A stretch of 64,000 nucleotides of DNA from the IMG/VR virus record IMGVR_UViG_3300000228_000002, positions 58,159-122,158 of that record; one strand, given 5' to 3'. Positions 29,354-39,745 of the stretch are shown one piece after another. The position numbers and the translations under genes are program-made. The first letter of the stretch is position 1, and the number at the start of each line of letters is the position of its first letter. The stretch comes from a virus. The notes beneath the pieces were generated by a model. The model saw nothing but the letters and a program-made list of their open reading frames with translations. It was not told the origin of the DNA and did not search any database.

Positions 29354-32010
29354 GTACATTGCAAAATGGATATTTAAGAATATATAACCAATTAGTGGCA
29401 TATCCGCTTACTATCAAAATTGATTTGATTGGTGATGTAGCCAAGTCCATTAGTCTGGATGCTAATGGTTACGAAGATATTCCACTGGAAATCTATTTTG
29501 CAGGTGTGTCTGACTTAGTGGTATTGCGTGAACAAGGTCTGATAACCTACGATGATCCAACTTTCATCTCTAATGGTGTTACTGGTCCACGTGGTGCCAC
29601 AGGGCCAGGTGTTGGTGAACAGGGTGTTACTGGTCCACAGGGTATCCAAGGAGAGCAAGGCTCAACTGGGGTCCAAGGTATTCAAGGGAACACTGGATCT
29701 CAAGGTCAAACAGGTATTCAAGGTCTTGGTCAAACTGGTTTACAAGGACCACAAGGTACTCAAGGTCAAACAGGTATTCAAGGTCTTGGTCAAACTGGTT
29801 TACAAGGTGAAACCGGCATTCAGGGACCACAAGGTGATGCAGGGTCTACTGGTATTCAAGGACCAATTGGATCGACTGGTATAGACGGTATTCTAGGAGC
29901 ACAAGGTCCAGCAGGGTCTACTGGTGCAGGAATTCAAGGCCCAACTGGTGCTCAAGGAAATCAAGGACAACAAGGAACTACTGGTCTGCAAGGGCCACAA
30001 GGGTTTATGGGTGTTACAGGAGCACAAGGCCATCAAGGAACTCAAGGTCAGCAAGGTCAACAAGGTACCACTGGCTTCGGAATAACTGGTCAACAAGGTA
30101 CTACTGGTCAATCTGGTATTAACGGATCTCAAGGTCAAACCGGGGTTCAGGGTGTACAAGGTCAAACTGGTGTCCGTGGTGATGATGGGGTAGACGGTGC
30201 AGCTGGCCCTCAAGGACAACAAGGAACAACCGGTGCTCAAGGTGCCAAAGGCTCTACGGGGCTTAAAGGCGACACAGGATCTCAAGGTATTCCGGGTACC
30301 CAAGGACAACAAGGTACCACTGGTTTTGGTATTCAAGGTCAAACTGGTGTCCAAGGCTCACAAGGACCACAAGGGACTACGGGGGTTGGCACAGTAGGGA
30401 CTACGGGACAACAAGGTCCTACGGGTATCTCTGGACTACAAGGAAATACTGGTGTTAAGGGTTCTCAGGGGACAACTGGTGCCACTGGCGATCAGGGGTC
30501 AACTGGTGCGGCTGGAATTCAGGGTCAAACTGGTGCTCAGGGTCAACAGGGTAATCAAGGTGTAACTGGTGCTCAAGGTGAGACAGGTGCCAAAGGTGCT
30601 ACTGGTTTTGGTGTAACCGGATCCAAAGGTGACACTGGTGCACAAGGATCTCAAGGTGAGACTGGATTGGCTGGCACTACAGGTGCTCAAGGTACCACGG
30701 GATCACAAGGCCAACGCGGAGCTACTGGTCTACAGGGTAATGATGGAAGTGATGGAACGACAGGTGTTAAAGGTGTAACTGGTGTACAAGGTGTAACTGG
30801 TGCCACTATATATGGACCAACTGGTCTGCAGGGACCAACAGGTCAACGTGGAGCTACCGGACAGGGAACTCCTGGTACTCAGGGGGCTACTGGTGTCCAG
30901 GGTGACAAAGGTCATACAGGCTTATCAGGAAGCCAGGGGACTACAGGTATCCGTGGAGAGCAAGGCGAAACTGGAACACAAGGGGTACAAGGTACTCAAG
31001 GTGTAATTGGATCTCAAGGTCATACGGGTGTTGTAGGTCAAATAGGAGCAACAGGCGTTGCAGGCAGCATAGGATCACTTGGAGCAACCGGTGTTCAAGG
31101 TTCTCAAGGAACCACGGGTGCTAGAGGACATACAGGAGCATTGGGTGAAACTGGTGTTGCTGGTGAAACTGGTATATCAGGACCGACTGGTGTCCAAGGT
31201 GACACTGGGGTACGTGGTCACACAGGTGCTGATGGTATCGGTATTCAAGGTCAAACAGGTACAGCTGGACCACAGGGTGTCCAAGGAAACGTAGGGTTTA
31301 CAGGACTTCAAGGTGGTCAGGGCGATACTGGTGTTCAGGGTAATACAGGAATTCAAGGACAAACCGGAATTCAAGGACAAACCGGAATTCAAGGTTCTAC
31401 AGGTACTCAAGGTCTAGGAATAACTGGTTTAAGAGGACCCACTGGGCCACAAGGTACAACTGGACCGCAAGGTGTGGGGGCTACTGGTCTACAAGGTATT
31501 CCAGGTGTCCAAGGTGAGCAAGGTGAAACAGGCCCAGCAGGTGTAGGATTCACCGGTTTACAAGGCCCACAAGGTGCCCCAGGAACAATTGGCCCACAAG
31601 GTGAAACTGGTATCCAAGGTGACGACGGTGGTGAGGGTATTCAAGGTCCTATCGGTGCTACGGGTATCCAAGGAACAACTGGTCCTCTCGGGCAAACAGG
31701 TGTTCAAGGAACAACTGGTCCACTAGGTAACACTGGTGTTCAAGGTACAACTGGCCCAGACTTCTCAGCAGACAGAAGAATAGGTGTGACAGCCATTGCC
31801 AATGCTTCTGATACTATAGTTGTAGCATTTACCACTTTAGGTACCACAAATTATTCTGTTTTGGTTGAAGTTCAGAACACGGTAGACCCGACACCATTGC
31901 ATTTCTCACATACTATCATAGCTAAATCGAATACAGGATTTACCATAAAGATGAATGCAGTTACTGATTCGGCAAACTATATTCTGAATTGGCTTGCTAT
32001 AAGATACTAA
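29350..32010 (+). CDS. collagen-like fibre protein (G-X-T/G-X-Q repeats)
   Basis: About 730 aa of Gly-X-Y repeats between globular N- and C-terminal domains. Confidence 0.9.
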   Translation: MSTLQNGYLRIYNQLVAYPLTIKIDLIGDVAKSISLDANGYEDIPLEIYFAGVSDLVVLREQGLITYDDPTFISNGVTGPRGATGPGVGEQGVTGPQGIQGEQGSTGVQGIQGNTGSQGQTGIQGLGQTGLQGPQGTQGQTGIQGLGQTGLQGETGIQGPQGDAGSTGIQGPIGSTGIDGILGAQGPAGSTGAGIQGPTGAQGNQGQQGTTGLQGPQGFMGVTGAQGHQGTQGQQGQQGTTGFGITGQQGTTGQSGINGSQGQTGVQGVQGQTGVRGDDGVDGAAGPQGQQGTTGAQGAKGSTGLKGDTGSQGIPGTQGQQGTTGFGIQGQTGVQGSQGPQGTTGVGTVGTTGQQGPTGISGLQGNTGVKGSQGTTGATGDQGSTGAAGIQGQTGAQGQQGNQGVTGAQGETGAKGATGFGVTGSKGDTGAQGSQGETGLAGTTGAQGTTGSQGQRGATGLQGNDGSDGTTGVKGVTGVQGVTGATIYGPTGLQGPTGQRGATGQGTPGTQGATGVQGDKGHTGLSGSQGTTGIRGEQGETGTQGVQGTQGVIGSQGHTGVVGQIGATGVAGSIGSLGATGVQGSQGTTGARGHTGALGETGVAGETGISGPTGVQGDTGVRGHTGADGIGIQGQTGTAGPQGVQGNVGFTGLQGGQGDTGVQGNTGIQGQTGIQGQTGIQGSTGTQGLGITGLRGPTGPQGTTGPQGVGATGLQGIPGVQGEQGETGPAGVGFTGLQGPQGAPGTIGPQGETGIQGDDGGEGIQGPIGATGIQGTTGPLGQTGVQGTTGPLGNTGVQGTTGPDFSADRRIGVTAIANASDTIVVAFTTLGTTNYSVLVEVQNTVDPTPLHFSHTIIAKSNTGFTIKMNAVTDSANYILNWLAIRY

Positions 32011-32012
32011 TC

Positions 32013-33131
32013 TTATACAGTCATTACTGGGAATAAGTATTCTACAACACCAGAAGCACTTTGTTCTTGGTAGTATACTGCTTTCTTATTTCCGTACCAG
32101 AGGAATGTATCTTCAAGCAATTGGGTGAATTCCTCGAACGATTTAGTATGCACGTTGATCACAAATTGAGCAACATTTTCATACATTTCGAGACTATTGA
32201 ATTTGATTCCATTATAGGTAACTCCACCAGACTTAGAATTCGTATACCCTAGATCAAGTTCTTTCGAAGCAGCCTTGATTTTGAGTTGGATATGTGTTAC
32301 TGCCTTCTTATCGTTCGTGCTTCCACTAATCGACTTAATTGCAGAAGTCAGTTCTTTCTTCTCTAAGTTACCACCAAAAGCCCAACTACTGTATCCTTCG
32401 AGAATAGACTGAAATCTATCCACATCGTCGGTAAGTTGAGCAGACACCAGAAGCATGCTACCAGAACGAATTTTGACTGCCATTTCCTGGACTTCAATTG
32501 TGGTAATTCCTTCTTTTTCCAAATACTTGTTAAGGAACGAACTGAGAATGATTCTAGGTATAACCACTTTGAATTCTGGTGTAGACTCGCCTGAAGTAGT
32601 AAATCTGCACAAGCTATAACCATCAGAAGCAGATATTTCTATTCCCTTCTCTGTGGACTTGATCTCCACAGGTGCCTTATTGGCATCCCCACGGTAGAAT
32701 GAATATGGAAGTTTCACTTTTTGAACAGCTTTAAGTAATGCACTATTATTAATAGTGACACTCTCAATTGCCTTAACTTTCCTTTCTCTGAGCTCCTGAT
32801 GTTGGAAGTCAGAGCGAATCTCAACCTTTAGTTTCCCTGAATTGACATAAACCGTGTTACTCATGAAATCAATAGTAGCTTCTTTAGTCGGATATTTAAG
32901 TTTGGCAATGTTCTTGATGTCAAAGCTAAAGCCCTTCATATCGAGCTTGTTTTCTACAACTTCGAACACTCCTATGAACTTCAACTGCACTATTTCATTT
33001 TGCAGAGATATAGACTTGTCCTCAATGTGGACACCGATGACGGATCTCTTTTTGAGAGACATCTCGGAGTATTTCAAGACAATGTCCACTATATTCTGCA
33101 GGTCTTCTACTGCAATTGTTAATTTGAGCAA
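32013..33131 (-). CDS. dnaN: DNA polymerase III beta sliding clamp-like protein
   Basis: 372 aa, three-domain length, ASDGYSL (ATDGHRL-like), VVIPR, terminal YLFPV. Confidence 0.78.
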   Translation of the reverse strand: MLKLTIAVEDLQNIVDIVLKYSEMSLKKRSVIGVHIEDKSISLQNEIVQLKFIGVFEVVENKLDMKGFSFDIKNIAKLKYPTKEATIDFMSNTVYVNSGKLKVEIRSDFQHQELRERKVKAIESVTINNSALLKAVQKVKLPYSFYRGDANKAPVEIKSTEKGIEISASDGYSLCRFTTSGESTPEFKVVIPRIILSSFLNKYLEKEGITTIEVQEMAVKIRSGSMLLVSAQLTDDVDRFQSILEGYSSWAFGGNLEKKELTSAIKSISGSTNDKKAVTHIQLKIKAASKELDLGYTNSKSGGVTYNGIKFNSLEMYENVAQFVINVHTKSFEEFTQLLEDTFLWYGNKKAVYYQEQSASGVVEYLFPVMTV

Positions 33132-33142
33132 GTGAGGTTCCT

Positions 33143-34354
33143 TTGAAAATATCAGCTATCATAGACAGCAACGTTGTATCAGGTACGATTTTATTGGACG
33201 ACTTAAGTCCTTTGACTCTGACACTTATCCACAGATACATAGACTCTGGTGTTGCCAAGCATCTTACTATAAACACAGTAAATTGTCAACCTCATAAAAC
33301 AGTCTTCGATTTCGCCTTTTTAAATCCTTATTATGTGGAAAATCTTTTTGTTGACGTTAATGGAACACTACAAGAAGTGATGCAACCAGGCACTGATCAA
33401 TTGGACGATACACCTAATCCGTTGAACGACCAGGTTTACACTGAGAATCAAATTCCAGTTCTTGCTGAAGTGGAAATCTTGGAGGTAGAACCGGTCATGA
33501 GGGACTTCAATCAAGAATTTGAAGCTCTGTCTCACTCCCCTGCTCCCAACCTTATCAACATGGAAGATTACTCTGCCAACTCTCATTTCATTTTCGATGA
33601 CAAGGGGATCAGGTTCACTGCAAACGGCCTAGTTACTATAGCCTCAGATGTTTTTGAATTGAACCACTCATCTGAATTGACCGTAGCTATTCTTGGTGAT
33701 GCACCAAATAAAGCACGACTGGTACTGATAAACCAATCAGGGCAGGAAAGAATTGTTCTACTGGAATCACCATATGACCTCTACGATAGGAAATGCTTTT
33801 CTACTTCGGTAGTCTCCTCTACTATGGAAGCCAGAATAGAATTAGACTACGAGACAGAAACAGATGCTAGAAACATCAGAATAAAAGATATTTATGTAGG
33901 CAAGACTGCACAATACTTCGAATCCCCTGATATGGATAACAGAGTTGTGAAAGAAGTGGATATCACCACTTACACATCGACTTCTTTCATATTTGACTTC
34001 GAAAGACTACCACCATTTGGTTTGAGAACTTTACTTGATTTCATAGATCCAAGCGGATTGAAGATTCAATTTTCCAATTCAAGAGTTAGAGTAAGCAAAA
34101 GAGTTAATGGTACTGTGACTCAGACTATTATGTCTCCCATCGTGGATAACACGAAACAGATTGGAGTGGTTATCGACGACTTCGGTCTGAAGATTTACTC
34201 CAACAACATCGTAGTAAAAGAGACACAATTTGAGATGCCAGTGGAACCAGGCGACTATGCAGCCAGTTTGGGGTCAACCCCTTCTGATCCGGACTATGAC
34301 TCCAATACTGTCTTGAAATTGGTAGTAGTTAATAAAAATCCTTTCGAAAGCTAA
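33143..34354 (+). CDS. hypothetical protein, possibly virion-associated
   Basis: 403 aa acidic, beta-rich ORF. Confidence 0.6.
   Translation: MKISAIIDSNVVSGTILLDDLSPLTLTLIHRYIDSGVAKHLTINTVNCQPHKTVFDFAFLNPYYVENLFVDVNGTLQEVMQPGTDQLDDTPNPLNDQVYTENQIPVLAEVEILEVEPVMRDFNQEFEALSHSPAPNLINMEDYSANSHFIFDDKGIRFTANGLVTIASDVFELNHSSELTVAILGDAPNKARLVLINQSGQERIVLLESPYDLYDRKCFSTSVVSSTMEARIELDYETETDARNIRIKDIYVGKTAQYFESPDMDNRVVKEVDITTYTSTSFIFDFERLPPFGLRTLLDFIDPSGLKIQFSNSRVRVSKRVNGTVTQTIMSPIVDNTKQIGVVIDDFGLKIYSNNIVVKETQFEMPVEPGDYAASLGSTPSDPDYDSNTVLKLVVVNKNPFES
33261..33289 (-). promoter_or_regulatory. sigma70 promoter for the clamp gene, inside the opposite-strand ORF
   Basis: TTGACA-17nt-TAAGAT. Confidence 0.55.
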
Positions 34355-34367
34355 TTCAAGAGGTAAC

Positions 34368-34880
34368 ATGCTAACTGTCTTTGCTGGCCCGATGTTTTCG
34401 GGCAAAACTACTGCTCTTATTGAACAATCCAGAAAGCTCACGGTGGATCACATTTGGAAACCAAGAAAGGATACACGTGATGAATCCTCTGTAGTTAGAT
34501 CCCACGATGGTCAGGAGGTTCAAGCATCTATCTTGGACAGTAAACAACAAATACAACACTTGAATTCCGTACTGGTAGACGAATTTCAATTTCTACCCAG
34601 AGATTTGGCCTCAAGTATCATAGATTATTCACGTAATTCAGATGTTTATGTGTCTATGCTGGATATGGACTTTCGTGGTGAGAAATTCGAGAACTTTAAT
34701 CTCATTCTGGACAGTCACGTAGCAAAGAGACTGGAATACAAACGTGCAAGATGTACTGTTTGTGACGGAGAGGCAATGTACTCCTTTAGAAAGGTGAAGT
34801 CTTCCGACTTAATCTTGTGTGGAGCAGGGGAATCATATGAGCCAAGGTGTTCTGACCACTTTTCAGTGCTACAGTTGTAG
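34368..34880 (+). CDS. tdk: thymidine kinase
   Basis: GPMFSGKTT, KP..DTR, VDEFQF, LDMDFRG, CTVC, G..ESYEPRC. Confidence 0.93.
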   Translation: MLTVFAGPMFSGKTTALIEQSRKLTVDHIWKPRKDTRDESSVVRSHDGQEVQASILDSKQQIQHLNSVLVDEFQFLPRDLASSIIDYSRNSDVYVSMLDMDFRGEKFENFNLILDSHVAKRLEYKRARCTVCDGEAMYSFRKVKSSDLILCGAGESYEPRCSDHFSVLQL

Positions 34881-35364
34881 AGAACAATTTCCTTCCATAC
34901 ATCAGCACACCCACCACAAAATACCGCAGTCCTTGGGTGGTAAAGATACGCTTGAGAACTTGGTCAATCTTTGTCCACAGTGCCACGATCTACTACACAA
35001 CATAGCCTACAAGCTCATTTCAAAGAAACAATCTGTCTCTTTTCTCGAAGACATGGTACTTATGATCTTGAAGGATCAGGGGTCAGTCAAGAGATGTATG
35101 GAGCTAGCCTTTCTCGTCCGTGATGAGATGATCATGCAAAAAGAAAAGGAGAGGGATCCGAACGACTTTGCAGATATTTACATAAGGATGAGACTCAAGC
35201 ATAAGAAAAAGCTTCATGAGTGGGCTAAATCATCCAAAATATCACTGGAAGATTTAACCAGGAATATATTGCTCAAGGCATTATCAGATAAATTCAACAT
35301 CACAATAGATCACTCTGGCGAAGCTAAAGCGGTACGTCAAAATAAAAAGAACGGAAATACCTAG
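34837..35364 (+). CDS. HNH endonuclease domain protein
   Basis: CYSC, HHKIP..LGG.D..ENLVNLCPQCH. Confidence 0.85.
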   Translation: MSQGVLTTFQCYSCREQFPSIHQHTHHKIPQSLGGKDTLENLVNLCPQCHDLLHNIAYKLISKKQSVSFLEDMVLMILKDQGSVKRCMELAFLVRDEMIMQKEKERDPNDFADIYIRMRLKHKKKLHEWAKSSKISLEDLTRNILLKALSDKFNITIDHSGEAKAVRQNKKNGNT

Positions 35365-35412
35365 TTCCGAATGGAACAATATTATTAACAACCCTATTAA
35401 TAATACTACGAG

Positions 35413-35452
35413 CAATACTGTTCACAATATTGTTCACAATATTGTTCACAAT
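35413..35452 (+). repeat. tandem 12-mer CAATATTGTTCA x3.3
   Basis: Direct repeats, with an inverted partial copy near 35374. Confidence 0.85.
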
Positions 35453-35543
35453 CCTATTATTGACAGCTTTATCAAGCTCATGTTCTGATTTTCTGGCTCT
35501 TGCAATTCAACAATTTATTAACCCTAATCAAGGAGAAGTCGAG

Positions 35544-36989
35544 ATGGGTGCTATTCAAGTGAACAAAGATGTTTCTGGTTTAAATCAAGTTAAAGCTACA
35601 AGCAGTGCAAGCTTTCAGCAGAATTTGGAGAGTTTCGTAGAGAGCCTCAATATTTCTGAGAAAGGGAAAGCAAGCTTTCGTCGTGAGGTGGTGAAGTTAG
35701 TTCTCACTATCCAAGACAAAATGGGAGCCACTGTCCTCCGTACCATGATGAAGGACATTGAAGGACATGATTACCTAGAAGACTTTGTTTTCTGGAAGAA
35801 GCAATATCTTGACGTTTCTGCCTACGTTCAGAGAGTTCTGTGGAGAGAAGTAGTTTATTTCATTCAGAAAAAAGACTTTCAAGGGAACGATCCACAGACC
35901 AATAAGGACGTAATGTACTGTATCCGTTGGTTGGCAGATAAAGACATTCAAAAAATAGTTGAAATGAAGATCAACCACAATCTCAATGCTGCTCTCGATC
36001 TCAATGCTGACTCTTTCACTACGGGGAAGACCACACAAAGAGACCTCTATGCCTATGTGAGATCAAAGGCTCAGACACTCAAGTATTTATCTAAATATGA
36101 CTACGGTATAGAGCCTGAAGATTTCGTCCAGGAAGTAGTAGAGGAATTAATCAGAGTTAATAATATCTACAATAGATCGTCTGGTAAGAACCTTGATGAG
36201 TCAGTTAAGATCGACTCTGCAATTAAGGCCTACGTTGAGGTTGCACTTAATAATAAGATCAACCAAGTTAAAGACTATTGGTCTTCTGACTCTCGTAGAC
36301 GTGTGACATCTACTCATGCCGCCGAGTACAGAAAGAGAGCCAATCTAAGAAAAGCCCTTAAGAAAGAAGTTGATTTAGAAAAGATTGCAAAAATCAACAA
36401 GGAACTGGGAGAACTAGAAGAGTTCCTCAGGACTAAGAACCATGACTACTACTCTGTAGTAACTCCACTTGTGAGAAATAACGAGTCTGAGGATCGTGAA
36501 GTTGATGCACAGGAAATCAACCCAAACATCATCATTCCAAACACCACAGATGAAGATATCTGGTCGAATGATCTTATTCTTGACCTTCCTCAACGTGTAT
36601 CAAGGTGTGTATCAATCATCCTTGGAAATCACGATGACGAGTTCTATAATTGGATTAAAGACAATGGTATGAGTGCTGAGGTAGAGAAAGACCTTAATCG
36701 CTATTTCAAAGCAGCTATGGACTTCTGTGGGGTTGAGCGAGATGAATTGCGTTCAAACCCTGTCATCATTCAGGCCCTAAGCACTGCACCTGCTACGAAA
36801 AAATCAGTGTATGTTAAGGGAGCTGATGTAATGGTGCAAAACGTCCAGACTATGAAAATCCATCCTGCCAAACTGGAAGATGAAAGAGAAGATGGAACTA
36901 TAATTTTCAAACTGACTGCAGTTAAAAGTTCTAGAGAGATTGACTCTGCCTTCGATAAAAAGTGGAAGTTAATTAGCAGAATTAACTAA
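35544..36989 (+). CDS. large protein with divergent sigma70 region 2/4-like motifs
   Basis: AGGAG SD; LYAYV..., EPEDFVQEV..EL, AYVEVALNN...DYW, LDLPQRVSRCV. Confidence 0.45.
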   Translation: MGAIQVNKDVSGLNQVKATSSASFQQNLESFVESLNISEKGKASFRREVVKLVLTIQDKMGATVLRTMMKDIEGHDYLEDFVFWKKQYLDVSAYVQRVLWREVVYFIQKKDFQGNDPQTNKDVMYCIRWLADKDIQKIVEMKINHNLNAALDLNADSFTTGKTTQRDLYAYVRSKAQTLKYLSKYDYGIEPEDFVQEVVEELIRVNNIYNRSSGKNLDESVKIDSAIKAYVEVALNNKINQVKDYWSSDSRRRVTSTHAAEYRKRANLRKALKKEVDLEKIAKINKELGELEEFLRTKNHDYYSVVTPLVRNNESEDREVDAQEINPNIIIPNTTDEDIWSNDLILDLPQRVSRCVSIILGNHDDEFYNWIKDNGMSAEVEKDLNRYFKAAMDFCGVERDELRSNPVIIQALSTAPATKKSVYVKGADVMVQNVQTMKIHPAKLEDEREDGTIIFKLTAVKSSREIDSAFDKKWKLISRIN

Positions 36990-37501
36990 TGAGATATTGC
37001 GAGTGTGGTTCTGAAATTCCGTACAGAGCTATAATTGATGGCAAGTATAGAAACCTACGTAATCGTACTAGGTGCCTAACTTGCCTACCATTTCTGACTA
37101 GTCCTTATTCCGCCAATGAGGAAGAAAGACAGCAGAGGGCCTTACAGAAAGGTAGAGAGAAGCAGAAGCGTCACTATGATAAGATGAGGGATCAACTTGG
37201 TGAGGGTCCTGTCAAGATAAGACGTAGGGAATTTAAGGAGAAGTTGATAGCTCACTTTGGTGGAAAGTGTATAGGGTGTGGATACAATAAATGTTCAGAG
37301 GTACTCTGTTTTCATCATATAAATCCTGAAGAAAAAGAGTTCTCTCTTTCCAAACGAGAAATGGTCTATTCCTATGATAGGTTATTAGCTGAGGCAAATA
37401 AGTGTGTACTATTGTGTTCCAACTGCCATATGGAACTGCATGCAGGAGAAGAAGACATAAAAGAGATCGTAGAAAAGTGGGACTGTGGTGCAATTGGTTA
37501 G
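36989..37501 (+). CDS. HNH endonuclease
   Basis: GGKCIGCGY, FHHINP.EK, KCVLLCSNCHMELH. Confidence 0.88.
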   Translation: MRYCECGSEIPYRAIIDGKYRNLRNRTRCLTCLPFLTSPYSANEEERQQRALQKGREKQKRHYDKMRDQLGEGPVKIRRREFKEKLIAHFGGKCIGCGYNKCSEVLCFHHINPEEKEFSLSKREMVYSYDRLLAEANKCVLLCSNCHMELHAGEEDIKEIVEKWDCGAIG

Positions 37502-37556
37502 CGCGGGCCGCTCATAACGGCCGAGTTGGTGGGTTCGAGTCCCCCCGGTCCCACCA
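37479..37556 (+). tRNA. tRNA with CAU anticodon (Ile2 or Met)
   Basis: Acceptor GGGACTG/CGGTCCC, anticodon arm GGCCG-CTCATAA-CGGCC, TTCGAGT, ACCA; lacks initiator features. Confidence 0.88.
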
Positions 37557-37573
37557 TTATTAAGGAACAATAT

Positions 37574-37834
37574 ATGTTTGATTTTTTCAAAAATATCACG
37601 ACTACCAAGATCACCAGAACTATCAATGGTAAGGAAGTCACTGGTGACGAAAACCCAGAGCTTTGGAAGAAGTTTGATATCACTATGGAGAAATTCAATG
37701 ACACCATGACTTCTTTCGATGAGACCATGGAGGAACTCGGTAAAACTACCACCACCAGTTCCAGTTCCGAAGAGGTAGAACTTTATGGTACATCTAAGGA
37801 AGATGCACTTAGTAAAGCAAATGCTATTCCGTAA
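37574..37834 (+). CDS. hypothetical protein
   Basis: AAGGA SD and ATG after the tRNA. Confidence 0.55.
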   Translation: MFDFFKNITTTKITRTINGKEVTGDENPELWKKFDITMEKFNDTMTSFDETMEELGKTTTTSSSSEEVELYGTSKEDALSKANAIP

Positions 37835-37880
37835 ATGGGTTTAAGATGACTTCTTTGACAGAAGATCATAACCTAAAAGT

Positions 37881-38294
37881 ATGGAAAGCAACAATGAAAA
37901 AGGAATCCTAATGTCAATGCTTAGAAATCGCTACAAAATTCCAGAAGACAAGTTCACAGAAATCACTCGTATGAGCGAAGAAGAGATCGGGAAACTCATG
38001 GAACAGTATTATGTTAACATGAGACATGAGATGAGTCTAAAGAAGAAAGATCCGGATATTAAGATGATTAAAGATAAGAAGAAGAACTTGTCTAAAGAGA
38101 TTGAGAAAGATCCTAAGGTGATCGAGTTAAAGGCTGAACTCAAGGCAAAAATCTTTGAGCTAACTTCTGAAGAGAAGGCTCGTTTGGATGAGGAACTAAA
38201 AAATGCCTCCTCAGAATACAATCGATCCATAAGAGATTTCAAGAATTTATTTCACACTTGTGCCGACATCAAAACCAAGTATGATGGGGATTAA
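37881..38294 (+). CDS. coiled-coil hypothetical protein
   Basis: K/E-rich 137 aa ORF. Confidence 0.65.
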   Translation: MESNNEKGILMSMLRNRYKIPEDKFTEITRMSEEEIGKLMEQYYVNMRHEMSLKKKDPDIKMIKDKKKNLSKEIEKDPKVIELKAELKAKIFELTSEEKARLDEELKNASSEYNRSIRDFKNLFHTCADIKTKYDGD

Positions 38295-38966
38295 ATGTTA
38301 CTAGGTGGTGTCACCGAACTGAAAGAGAGAAACTTGCTATTGGGATTGGACATTTCCAAAATGGGGCCAACCTCGCACACTAAGATTTGGGTTAAGTGTC
38401 TGGATTGTAACGAGGAGTTCGAGAGAATAAGAAGAGATCTCTACAAGAAACATACGTGCCAAATTCATAGGGTGGTTGGAGGCAAGGTCTTCAAATACTG
38501 TAATGGCTGCAGATGTTTCATTATTGGAGAGGATTTTCCTAAGGGTTATTCTGACAAATGGAACTTATCCCACATATGCAAAAAGTGTACCAAGATCAGG
38601 GACGAGAGTAGCACGGATCTTTATATAAGGAACTATCTCAGACTTAAGAAGTCTCTGTGCAAGACCAAACAGAAATATGAGTTTGATCTGGATCTCGATC
38701 ACTTGAAATATCTCTGGCACCAACAGAGGGGCAGATGTTGGTATACGGATAAGATCATGTCGACTAGTAAAGGAAGGTTGGAGTCGGCATCTTTGGATAG
38801 AGTAGACTCCAACCAGGGATATGTTAAGGGAAACGTTGTGTGGTGCACCAAAGCAATTAATGTGTTAAAAGGTGATTCTACTATTGAGGATGTCAGAAAT
38901 TTCTTCAGGACGTTCCGGTTTAGGGAGACTAGCCTCAGAGAAGGAAAGTTAAAAGGAGATATATGA
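38295..38966 (+). CDS. HNH-family homing endonuclease
   Basis: CxxC repeats; QRGRCWYT, SLDRVDSNQGYVKGNVVWC...N..KG. Confidence 0.85.
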   Translation: MLLGGVTELKERNLLLGLDISKMGPTSHTKIWVKCLDCNEEFERIRRDLYKKHTCQIHRVVGGKVFKYCNGCRCFIIGEDFPKGYSDKWNLSHICKKCTKIRDESSTDLYIRNYLRLKKSLCKTKQKYEFDLDLDHLKYLWHQQRGRCWYTDKIMSTSKGRLESASLDRVDSNQGYVKGNVVWCTKAINVLKGDSTIEDVRNFFRTFRFRETSLREGKLKGDI

Positions 38967-39439
38967 AGAAAATTTATTATTCACTAAAGCGTCTTTGGCT
39001 AATTATCAAACCATTCAGTGTCCAGTGGAAGAAATTGCATCCTGATGCTATCAGGCCAACACGGGCATATGATAATGATGCGGCCTTTGACTTATATGCA
39101 GTAGAGGACCTGGTCCTACCTCCTGATGCCCACACCAACTGTGGGTGCGGTGTAGCAGTAATGGTCCCATCCGGTTGGAGTTACGACCTTAGAGGTCGTA
39201 GTTCTCTCAATCGAAATGGCATAATCACTGCTTTAGGACTGTGTGATGCATATTACACTGGCGAACTAAGAGCTGTTCTTTCAAACCTGTCTGGGAAAGA
39301 GTATACCATTAGAAAAGGTGAGCGAATTGGCCAAATCAAGTTCAATCCTGTGTGGGATTTTCCTTGGGAAGAAGTAGAAAAGTTTGAGGCACCAGAAGGT
39401 TCTAGAGGCAGTGCCGGTTTTGGATCTTCGGGGAGGTAG
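38963..39439 (+). CDS. dut: trimeric dUTPase
   Basis: AAFDLY, GRSSL, DAYYTGE, GERIGQ, RGSAGFGSSG. Confidence 0.93.
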   Translation: MKKIYYSLKRLWLIIKPFSVQWKKLHPDAIRPTRAYDNDAAFDLYAVEDLVLPPDAHTNCGCGVAVMVPSGWSYDLRGRSSLNRNGIITALGLCDAYYTGELRAVLSNLSGKEYTIRKGERIGQIKFNPVWDFPWEEVEKFEAPEGSRGSAGFGSSGR

Positions 39440-39442
39440 GTA

Positions 39443-39745
39443 ATGGAAAATTCACCGGCAGAGAAGATATCAGAAGTTCTTACCGAAGTTAAGGGCAAAA
39501 TCAAAGAAGATATGGTGAATAATCCTTCTCATTATGGTGGGAAGGACAATCCTTACGAGGCCATCAAAGTAATCCGAGCTTGGGGTTTAGGTTTCAATCT
39601 GGGGAACACCGTCAAGTATATCAGTCGTGCTGGCAAGAAGTATGGTGATACCAAACTACTTGAGGATTTGAAGAAAGCAAGATGGTACTTGGACGATGAA
39701 ATTGCCGAATTGGAGAGACAAAATGCTTCTAGAAATAAAGCCTAA
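39443..39745 (+). CDS. DUF3310 (T7 gp1.7-like nucleotide kinase) protein
   Basis: VNNPSHY, EAI, FNLGN.VKYI.RAGKK, EDLKKARWYL. Confidence 0.85.
   Translation: MENSPAEKISEVLTEVKGKIKEDMVNNPSHYGGKDNPYEAIKVIRAWGLGFNLGNTVKYISRAGKKYGDTKLLEDLKKARWYLDDEIAELERQNASRNKA

Noticed and set aside
29552-31410. Many alternative-frame and antisense ORFs in the collagen gene
   Set aside because: Shadow ORFs produced by the G-X-Y codon periodicity
35430-35543. Apparent signal peptide MFTILFTILLL...SC
   Set aside because: It is the translation of the 12-bp tandem repeat; the SD supports ATG 35544
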